Below, piece after piece: positions 1 to 11,100 of a stretch of 64,000 nucleotides of DNA. The DNA comes from Paraspadella gotoi. Taxonomy: Eukaryota > Animalia > Chaetognatha. Positions within the stretch are counted from its first letter, which is position 1. Every line of letters starts with the position of its first letter. The notes beneath the pieces are model-generated. The model had not been told where the DNA came from. It made no database searches and worked only from the letters and a program-made list of their open reading frames with translations. The stretch is from assembly GCA_051294375.1 (NCBI GenBank), contig CM119268.1:12593770-12657769 (forward strand). Direction: 5' to 3'. A program made the translations under genes and the position numbers.

Positions 1-689
1 TATCAATTTTTTTTATAGATTCTGATAGAGCTTTAAAAGTAAGATAAAGGTTATTAATACAACTTTTTAAATTTTTTGTTTTATTAATGAAAAATTTTTA
101 AAAATAAAATTCAGCCAATAATGATGATGATGATGATTTTTTAAGGTTTTTCTATTTTATTAAAAGCTTCAGTGCAATAACCCAATGAACTAATTCAAAA
201 AGTTACATTGAAAATCGATTTAGTAGTAGAAGGAAAAAAGAAATTTTTTTGAGAGAACTAGAAGTTATAAAAAGTGTTCAATTTTGGCCCGCCTTACTAG
301 ATATATTGCATGTGATTAAACAATGTTATCGGAATAATTTTCTCTAATTTTTATCTTGGACTCTCTCTCTTTCTTTCTCTCTCTCTCTCTCTCTCTCTTT
401 GCATTGCAACGATCCTTATGCTCATTTTTCTGCTTTCTCTCTCTCTTTCTCTCTTTGCAATTGCGACGATCCTTATGCTCATTTTTCCTGCGCTCTCTCT
501 CTCTCTCTCTCTCTCTCTTTTGCAATTGCGACGATTCTTATGCTTTTAGGATTTTTTAACTTGCATCATTTTTCTGCTTGCATCATTTTTTCAACTTGCA
601 TAATTTTTTAATTGCATCATTTTTTCACATTAATTATTAATTAATTAAACATTTATTAGTAATCATAAATTAGTAATCATAAATAATAA

Positions 690-1450
690 AGATTCAAGTA
701 AATGTGACTTATGTTTTTTCCATTTAAACTCATTTCCACTGGCACAATTCCGTCAAAACTTATATCTAGCTTCTTCACACACTTTCCTACCCGCTCACAA
801 AATTTAATCTCAATCTATTATGGGTTAAAATAAGTAAAAAGATTCAAGTAAATGTGACTCATATTCTTTTCATTTAAACTCATTTCCACTCGTACGTTTC
901 CAACAAAACTTTATATCAAGCATCGTTACACATTTTTCTACCCACACAAAAAATTTGAACTCTATCTATCCATCCAATTATGATTAATTAGAGAACTTAT
1001 TAGTTCAAATAAGTAAAAATTTTTAGTAAATGCGACTTATGTTTTTTCCACTTAAACTCATTTTTACTCACACGATTCCGTCAAAACTTTATATCCAGCT
1101 TTATCACACACTTTCCTACCCACACACAAAATTTCATTCCAATCCAACCAGCCAATCACGAGTTATTAGAGCTTTTTGCTAAGGTGGGACGATGACGGAT
1201 TGATTGACTGATTAATTAATTATTGATTAATTAATTGACTAATTGAATAATTAACTGATTATTTAATTTATTAATACATCCTGCATATACATTTAATATA
1301 AAAGGAAAAAGAATCATAATCAATTAGTGAAACAGGTTTTTTGTTTTTTTCCATTTAAACTCATTTCACTCAAAAGATTCCATCGAAACTTGGTTTCCTG
1401 TTCAATCACACACTTTTCTACTCACATACAAAATTCCAGGTCAATCGATA
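690..1450 (+). repeat. Tandem ~130-180-bp subunits of the HINE-like family
   Basis: Recurring CATTTAAACTCATTTCCACT..CACACTTTCCTACCCAC; colinear with 25050-25600. Confidence 0.75.
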
Positions 1451-1469
1451 ATTAAGTGGTAATAAGCTA

Positions 1470-1743
1470 ACTTGGTCAACTTGCATAATTTAATCAACTT
1501 GCATAATTTGGTCAACTGACATAATTTGGTTAACTGACATAATTTGGTCAACTGACATAATGATCAATTAAGATAATTGGTCACAACCGCATAATTTGGT
1601 CAACTGGCATAATTTTATCAACTGCCTAATTTGGTCAACTTGCAGAACTTGATCAACTTGCAGAATTTGGTCAACTGGCCATAATTTGGTCAACTTTAAG
1701 AATTTGGTCAACTGGCATATTTTTGTCAATTGGCATAATTTGG

Positions 1744-1750
<7 letters not shown>
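1470..1750 (+). repeat. ~19-bp minisatellite (TTGGTCAACTTGCATAAT)n, variant of the 13740 unit
   Basis: Direct tandem array. Confidence 0.9.
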
Positions 1751-1774
<24 letters not shown>

Positions 1775-3345
1775 GAGAGAGATAGAGAGAGAGAAACTTT
1801 AAAAAATTCACAATAAATGTGTCTTTTGGTTTTCTTAATTTGAACTCTTTTCACTCCTACGATTCCATCAAAAAATTTATATCCAGCTTTATCACATACT
1901 TTCCTACCCACGAAGAGAGGAGAGAAGAGGAGAGAGAGAGAAAGAAGCCAAATCGTTTTCGGACGAATCAGCAGAAGCAGCAGGAGAAAACTTATTCATT
2001 GTCAAATAAACTGATCAGCAGACGCAGCCCCTGAAGAAAAAAAAAAAGAGAAAGAAAGAGAGAGAAGCTTAATCGTTTTTGGACGAATCAGCAGCGGCAG
2101 CAGCAGAGGCAGCCAGAAAAAAAGAAAGAAATCAAAAGGCAGCAGCAGAAGCAGTAGGAGAAAAGAGAGAAAAAGAAAAAGCCCCCTGCTAAGCCCAAAT
2201 CGTTTTCGAATCAGCAAAAGCAGCTGCCGACTCTTTTTTTCTATGAATGGGGAAAAGAGAGAGAGAGAGAAAGCTACGTATAATTCAAAGAGAAAAAAGA
2301 GAGAAAAGGAGACGTAAAATAAAGGAAATTTGTTTGTTTTGATAAAACGTAAACAAAACATTTAATAACTGTCCTCACCCAATTTCAAGGACCTCGATGA
2401 TGAAAAGCTGTATATTAATTTTCAGCTTCATACACCCAAATTTAATCCAAAAAAAGGCGATCGATAAGTTGGAACGCCGACGACGACGACTACGCCACTT
2501 ATGCGTAAAAGCGTTACGCTTTGCGTTTGCGACGATAAAAAATTTGACATTATATAGCAATATAATGATTTTAATTAACGAATTACTCATGTTTCGGATC
2601 ATTTTTGTAAAAATATATTTTAACATAATAACTATTACCAATAATGGATTCGTTTAATGCTGTTCCATTTAAAATTTAAATTTGGTCGGCTACCGCTACC
2701 TCAGATCGAATTCCTTAAAAATAAAGATTTGCTGAAAACATCCCATAGGTATAGCCAATCGATTTTACCCAAGATTCTCTCTCTCTCTCTCTCTCTTTCA
2801 TATTGTTTTCACTATTTTAAAAATACTACTCTATAATCTATATTATGAAGCAATTAAATACTCTCTCTTCAGAATCGACAATTTCGACAAAACTGACCAG
2901 GCCGGTGGGGGGTCATCCTTCCAGGGGCCATCTGAGGTCCTCCAGGGGCGATGGGAGTACCATGAGTGGAAGATGGCTGACCCCCCCCAAAGGGGGGTCG
3001 CTGAGGAAAACCACTGCCACCACCTCCTGCTCCGCTTGTGGCGCCGTGCGGCGAGAATGTTGAGGAAGAACTTGTGGTTTGCATTTTTTATTTGATTGGT
3101 TAACAAAAAACGCTAATTCTTTATGACGAAATATTTAAAAACTAAAGTTTCATTTCGATTCAGACGATTCAAAGTCAGTAAAAGGCAAATTTAATTCTGC
3201 GACAAAAATTCATATCAGAGACAAGGAAAAAAAAATAAAAACTTTAATAAGAGAAAAAATAATCAACGGAGACAAGTCGAACTGAATTTTGCCATTCGTC
3301 TTAACAGGTTCGATATGCAATCAAGCTAAGAAGCTACATCCAATA

Positions 3346-4764
3346 CAGAAGGCTTCGTATTATAAAATGAGGTACCCCTTTTTTGTGACCCAAATCTATT
3401 CCCACCAAACTACCAGATGGAATTTCATGAAATTTTACATTTACAATTCTAATGACGAGGCCAATTTTGTCAATTTTGTCAATTTTGTCAACCACTGACA
3501 AGAGATAAAGGGCCAAAAAAAAGCAAAAAAAATTGTTTTTATTTTTTAAAATTTTTTAGGAGCATCAGGTGCATTATTAACATTTTAAACATATAAAAAA
3601 TATTTTAGAACTAAAATTGATAAATTTTCAATAATTAAGCATTGTTTGAAGAGGCATGGTTCATCCTTTTACTTCCAATTTTCTCAAATTATTCCAATTC
3701 TGACTCAAACTGAAAATTAAGGTAAACTGATATTTTTGTGGTAATAAATACGTTTTTGTGGAAGAATAAACGTCTATTAGACACATTTTTTTTCCGCTGA
3801 AAATTGTCATAGACATAGAGTTATGAAAAAGGTATCATTCTTTTCGTATTTTATGTATAAATGTATTTTTTATACATTTTTTTTTAATATCTCGCCTTTC
3901 CCAGAAGCGTTAAAGTTTTTGATTTTGATTTTCAGCAATTTCCGTGGTTTTTCAGAAAAATTTTTTAGATAATTACAAAAATAATGATAAAATTTGTATT
4001 ATCTGTTTTACTCTGTTATCTGAAATATTTAATCGTAATTTAAATAACCTCAAACCGTTATTGGGAATTTTTAGAAATATATTAAAACCGGAAGATTCAA
4101 ATACTTTTAATTGCTAAGTAAAATTGCTAAGTAAAAGTCTATGCAACTATTCAAAACAAAAATAATGAAAAAATCTGAAAAAAGTTTTTGACTATTTTTA
4201 GCCGCATGGGTGACCCCTTCGGGGCCCCATATCTCTGGTCAGGGGTCAAATATTGTAATTCGCCTCTATAGTTCTATTTGTATTCACATAGGGATTGCTC
4301 ATTCTAAATTTCAATAAATTTGGCTTAGTAGTTTTTTCGGAACGTGTTCTGGTTACAAAAAATGGGTACTGTGTACGAACAATTACAGCACGCAACCTCG
4401 GTCAAACCATTTGACCTTACTTCAACCTTACCCTCGATTGTATTACTCTTCCCCTTATGGTCAAACTTTGACCCTGTAAATATCCATTGTTATAGACTTA
4501 GCATCTGAGCTTTTAACTGTTAGTGTTATTAACCAAGTTTCAGAGTAAGAATGATTTATTCTTTAACATGGTTAATAACAATAACAGTTAAAAGCTCAGG
4601 TGCTAAGTCTATAACAATGGATATTTACAGGGTCAAAGTTTGACCATAAGGGGAAGAGCAATACAATCGAGGGTAAGGTTGAAGTAAGGTCAAATGGTTT
4701 GACCAAGTTTCCGTGTTGTAATTGTTCGTCCACAGTACCCCATTTTATAATGTGAAGCCTTCTG
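3346..4764. mobile_element. Tc1/mariner-type MITE (family M), with nested palindromic MITE
   Basis: TIR CAGAAGGCTTC(A/G)TATTATAAAATG; TA on both sides. Confidence 0.85.
4369..4735. mobile_element. 367-bp near-perfect palindromic MITE
   Basis: Arms CTGTGTACGAACAATTACA..TGTAATTGTTCGTCCACAG pair over ~170 bp; TA duplication. Confidence 0.88.
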
Positions 4765-5105
4765 TATAGGACAAACAAGTCAATTTTATTCATATTACTA
4801 TTTCCAAGTACCTCACTTTAGATCGCTCCCTCATCATTTTCATTACTACATCAAGAAATTTAAAAAGAAAACTGGAGGAAGAGCTGGAGCAGGAAAAAAT
4901 GCCGAAAACCGGATTTGTTGTCGTAAGAGGCACTGAAGGGCGTTGTATTAATCTGAATTGAAGGTAGCTGCAGTGGGGAGAGATCAAGTGTGGTGCATGA
5001 GATTGGAGCGAGTACAGAGCTTCAGAGTAAAATGGTGAACGTGCTGGAGGAGAATAACGGAGAGGATATGCAGAAGAGAGAGTGAGAGCAGCGAAGGTGA
5101 AAAGG

Positions 5106-8100
5106 CTACACCCTCGTAAGATGATGCATCAGATTAGAGACGAAAACTTCCTCCACGCGATCAAAAACGTAAGCGACGGGAGAGAAGAGCCACGACAGCA
5201 TCGTCTTCGCCGCGAACCCCATCGGCTCTGGGAACTGATGGGTGAGCAGCGCCAGCAACGCCGTGCAGCTGCAGAGTCCCGCCGTGAAGAGGATGAAAAA
5301 GGGAAGCTCCTGAACAGGATGGTGCCGGAATAAGTTAATAAGTTACACAATGAGGGCTTAAGAAAACCATTACTTTTTGAGGATAAACTGATACGTCGTG
5401 AAAGAGAGGAAGTAACTCTCGGTCGGCGCTTTCCGTGCATGTCGGATAAGGGTAGAAGAGGTGGCCCTAATTCGTCAAATAAAAATATTTTATTTTTATC
5501 TCAAATCTCAAACAATTTCCAGGGTTGAGATTTAATTCGCCCTACTTTTTCCAAGGGCGCGGGGATGATTCGAAAGGTTCCCTCCCAGGTGCAGTGAAGG
5601 AGGTTAAGTGCCCCGTCCACGCGCTTCCAGTGGGATAAGTGGAAGAAGGCGTAGGAGATGGCCTCCGAGTCTCCGCGCTTGAGAATGTGTTCGGGAGGAA
5701 AGATCATAGACTTCATCTCAAGCAGGTATCTAAAAATTAAAAAGAAAAATACTTTTTACAGTTAATCCTCGTTTTTTAGTTTCGCCGGTATGTCTGTTCA
5801 TTAGTTTATCCCACTTACGTTTTAAATGCTTATGAATTGAAAAATATTGCATCAATTGATAGGGTATTGCACAAAAACTTTTAAAATACTAATTTTCTTC
5901 TTTCGATGGTTTTAAAACTTAAATTAAAAATAAAAAAATATTAGTCCTATAAAGCCTTTGTTCAATGAGGCTTAAACCTAAAATTGTAGCTTTGTACAGT
6001 AAAAAAAAATTGGAATTTAGTAAAAAATACTTTATAATACAAAAATAAAATAATAAATTATATAAATATTAGACCTTTCCATATATGAAAAGTTTTGAAA
6101 TCAAAAAACGAGTATTTTGTAAAAGGTGCCCATACATCATATGAATTTTTTGAAATTTTTTTTTCAAAAAAAAATTTACAGTAAATGCTGCAACTTTTGA
6201 AAAAATGAAAAAAAATGGTAAAAAATGGACTTTTGCTAAATATCTTTTAAAAGCTTTATTGCTAGAGGACGAAAACCCAAACTATCTTAAGAGCATTATA
6301 AATTAAGTGAATTTTTTACTAAGTAAATTGTTTTTAAACCTATGGTAATGGGGCAATTTTTGATAAAATTTTTAAAAAATGATATTTTTAATAATGTTTG
6401 AGAAATATTTTGTAAAAAAAATTATGGCGAATTGAAAAAAGAAATAATTGCCTTTGTTTTGCTGAAAGAATTTTTAAAAAAGGATTATCGGTTAAAAAGT
6501 TATAATTTTTTAAAATTTAAAAAAAATCATTTTTTAATAATTATTTTTATTTAATAGGTTTGAACTAGGCTAATGGGAAAAAGGGAATGCACTTTTTTCA
6601 AAGAGTAAAAAAAATATAAATTCTGATTTGACAATGGGTAACTTTAATATTTTGTCTTACCAGGTCATTAAAGTTTTTTTAATTTTTATCATTTTATAAT
6701 GGAATTATGACTTTTAATTAGTTTTTTTAATTTTTTTTTCTATAATATAATAAAGAAAAAGAAAAATTGACCTAAAAAAACGATTAAATTTGAATTAAAA
6801 TATGATAAAATGAAGACAAAAAGAGTAAAATTAAATATTGAAAGTTAAACAACCTGAGAAAAAAAAGAAGTGCTTGCTGCTTGCCGATCGGAAAAAAAGG
6901 TATAGCGTGCCAAAGAAAAAAATAGTTATCTATTTTTTTTGCTTATCTATTTTCATAATTATCAGTTAATGAGTTAAGTCCTATTGGTAATAGTCGATTT
7001 AGTTTTGGAAAATAATATAATTTAATTTATCTTTGATATTTTATCCATTTCATATCTTTTATAGTTGTGAATTATCAACAAGTCGATCTAATTCTTAATT
7101 AATCAAGGCAAGCTTAACTATATTTTTCCAAGTCTTTTAAACAAACCTTTTGATTAAGCAATATATTTAAAACACAAATTATAATTCAACTCAGTTCTGG
7201 AGAACCAGCTTGACAAAGGTAATTTATGAAAAAAAAATAGAATAACTAGTTTACTTTCTTTTGCACTCTAGATGATGATTTTTTTTTTCTCGATCGGTAA
7301 GCAGCAAGCAACTCTTCTCTCAGTTGCTTAACTTTCATTAATTTTACTCTTTTTGCCTCATTTTATCAATTTTTAATCATTTAATCGCTTTTGCCTGTTA
7401 GTAATATTTTAATTAGCCTCCAATTTAGTAATTAACTTTTCTTCAAATTTTGTCTCTCTAAACTTTCTTAGCTCCAAAGTTTAATATTTTGTTGATTCAC
7501 AGAGCTCGGCTCCTATTTTGTAAACATTTAGTGAATTAGATAAACAAAGGAAGAGAGACGTGAAGGAGGCAGAGAATTAACTACATTCCATTTTTAGATC
7601 TCAAGGGATTAAGACGTAATATTTCTATTACTGTTTAATTTCATATTACAACTTTGGCAAATCTACAATTATTTCAGGTAACTTCAAAAACTAATTAGAC
7701 AGACTATGCATAGTTCAGCTCTCTATCCATCATCTTTTGAGGGCCCCAGGTCACGTTACCAACATGTCAATTTTCTTTTTCTTTTATATAGAAAAAAAAA
7801 TAAAAAAACTACCTCATTTAAAAGTTATAATTCTATTATAAAATGATAAAAATTTTAAAAAAACTTTAATGACCTGGGGAGACAAAATATTAATAATATT
7901 TTTCCCTTTAGCCTAGTTCAAACCTATTAAATAAAAATAATTATTAAGGAACGTATTTTTTTGTAAATTTAAAAAATATTATAAGCTTTTTAAACCGGAT
8001 AATCTTTTTTTAAAAAATCTATTCAGCAAAAACAAAGGCAATTATTTCTTTATTCAGATTTCGCCGTAATTTTTTTAACAAAAGTATTTCAACAAACATT

Positions 8101-11100
8101 GTTAGGAAAACAGTTTTTGTTTGACAAGACGATTTTATTTGACATCATAGCAATTTTAGTCGACATGTTTCGGCTCTTTCATTTAGAGCCTTGCAAGCAT
8201 GAATGAAAGGCTCTAATGAACAGAGCTGAAACATGTCTGACAAAATTGTGTCAAGTAAATCGTTGTCAAAACAAAACTGTTTTTCCTAATACCGTCTCAT
8301 ACGGACATTAATCAACGAAAAGACGAGTATATACATAATTGTCTACAAACATCGTTAAAAATATTATTTTTTAAAAATTTTAAACATCAAAATTATTTAA
8401 AACCTAAGTTGTAGTTCATTCAAATACGCGATGTTGCCGGCGATTTCACGCACGAGTCGCAGGTGGGTTCTAGTTGGTTGGCGGACTTCGCCCATGGCGA
8501 TATCGCCAGGTGCTTTGCGATGTCGCCAGTCACCTCTTCATCTTTTGCGAACCTCTCGTCGGCCAGTGATAAAAGTAGCGAATGCTATTATAGAAAACGG
8601 CAAGTTCTAAGCTGTTTGAGCGGGGATTGATACACGTTTCGTGATCCTTGTTATCAGGCTCTCTCGGGTTCCAAACCGTCTTAACCACTTATAACCAAAC
8701 CTCAGGAGCCGTTCAAGTGTGGGCTTGTTGTTTTCTCTGTGCCTCTCCCGTCTACTGACCCTGTAACACTGGGCCTGGGCCTCGTTGATCCGTGACTATA
8801 CTCCTATGCCTCAACCCTAAACCACTAACCGCCTTGGATGTCATCAACGTGGTCGTTACTGGTGTAGGTGGGGCCTCCTCACCACCAACCTCTCTAGTGC
8901 GTCCCTCTAAATCCAAGCCTTCCGTTCAACTCTTTGTGCCTCTCGCCTAGTCAACCGCAGGCCAAGGCCTCCCTAGTACATTTCCGTGCCTTTCATACGC
9001 CCTAGACCTGCTCGCTTCGCAATGCGCATCACATCAACGGGCCCCTCCCCCAACGGAACCTATACGGGTACCGCATTCTTAAACTGAAAGCCTTCCCGTG
9101 CAAGAGTCTGGGCTTGGCCTTAAGCTCCATGCCATCTCCTAACCCTAAACTCCTAGGCCCAGGCCTCACGCCGTACTTGTCCGTGCGCTCAACTGCCCTA
9201 ACTGATATACCGCTTCGATGCTCAAGCCATGGGTCCCTCCGCAACCTGGACCCTAGAACCAAGTGGCTTTGACAGCCTCCCGTTGCAATCTTGCCGTCTC
9301 CATGCCTGCTCCCTATGTATTTCTGTTACCTAACAAGACTTGTCAGTTGCCCGGCCTCGCGTACAGTCTCGTCCTGTTGTGTCTAAACACTTCATCTTCT
9401 GGCGTGGCCATAATTGCCTTCGATATAGTGTATTGTACTCCTTGCGATGGTGTCCTTCGGTCTCTTTCGATCGAGGCGGCTACCCAACTCGGAGCTAACG
9501 CCTGTAGGAACCGGGCACGCAGGCCCTGCGCCCGTATATTCTATCATCCCGTGAGCGCCTTCTGATCTCTAGACTCGCTTAGATTAGCGTCGAGTATACT
9601 ATTTACCGTGTCACTGGTTGTGGGGGGCTCATCTTCTGTCCTTTAGATAATCTCTCATGACGCCTTAACCTGGCTATGAAACGGGCCTCAGGCCTGTTGC
9701 GGCGTGGACGTGATGCTAGTAGGCTGTGTCGGTTTTGCCTTGTGCATAGTTTTTATTGGCTGTGCTTGTGCTTTATCTGGAATCCCTAAATGTCCCTGCG
9801 CCAGTACCTTTCCCTAAGCCTAACCCCTACACGTCGGGTCTCGTTGTGGTTTTTGTGTCGGCTGATCAACAACACCCTCCCTGTAGCCTCACGCTATCCG
9901 TTAAATTGACATGTAGATACATGTAAGCCTAAAATAACATTAAGCTTAACTCAACCTAACCTAAACTACGAATGTCCTTAACCCTAACTACTGAACCCTT
10001 AACCCTAAATACTCAACCCTAACCCTATACTTACTCAATCCCTAACCCTAACTACTTTACGCACTACAAAACCCTAACGCCTAAACCAACTCAACCCTAA
10101 CCCTAATCTGAGTTTAGTTTAGGCGAAATCCGCATAACTAGATGCACGCTAGATGTAGTTCACAGCCTAAATCGCCAATGGCGAGGGGCGTCATGGGCTA
10201 AGTTGCGATTTGGCGATTTCGCACTGAACTACATTCTAGCGTTCTAGTTATGGCGATTTCGCCTAAACTAAACTCAGATTTAGGGTTAGGGTTGAGTTTG
10301 GTTTAGGTTAGGGTTGAGTTGGTAGTAGTTAGGGTTAGGGTTGAGTAGTTTAGGGTTAGGGTTGAGTAGTTTAGGGTTAGGTTGAGTTAAGTTAAGTTTA
10401 TTTTAGGCTTATTATTAATGTCAATTTTAGGGATAGGGGTAGGGAGGGTGTTGTTGATGACAAGAGGCCCGCGTTAGGGTTAGGCTTAGGGAAGGTACTG
10501 GCGAGGGACATTAGGGATTAGGGTTGAGGCACGGAGATGTACGCGAGGCCTGGGCCCGGTTTAGGTTTGGGAGAGAGGCCCGTGGGTTATATATCGAAGG
10601 CAATTAGGGTTGGGTTGAGGTACGGAGATGTAGCGGAGGCCTGGGCCCGGTTTAGGGTTGGGAGAGAGGCCTGTGGGTTATATATCGAAGGCAATTAGGG
10701 TTAGGGTTGAGGTACGGAGATGTACGGGAGCCGGGCTGGTTTAGGGTTAGGAGAGAGGCATGGAGTTGAAGGGAGGCTTGGTTTAGGGTTAGGGTTCGCG
10801 GGAAGGACCCATGGTTGATGCATCGAAGGCGGTTAGGGTTAGGGTTGAGGCACGGAGATGTACGGGAGGCTGGGCCTGGGTTAGGGTTAGGGGAGAGGCA
10901 TGGAGTTGAACGGGAGGCTTAGTTTAGGGTTAGGGTGGGGGAGGGGCCCGTGGTGTATGCATCGAAGGCGTTAGGCGTTAGGGGTTGAGGCACGGAGATG
11001 TACGGGAGGCCCCGACCTGGGTTAGGGTTAGGGGAGAGGCACAGAGTTGAACGAAGGATTGGTTTAGGGTTAGGGTTGGGAGAGGAGCCTGAAGGTGATG

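Noticed and set aside
316-611. Short ORFs rich in ER/SL/F repeats (also 15228-17222, 27036-27414, 55055-55715)
   Set aside because: Translations of (GA)n microsatellites and repeat modules.
10280-11080. CRISPR-like repeat-spacer appearance
   Set aside because: Repeat is telomeric TTAGGG, spacers recur, no cas genes, eukaryotic intron.
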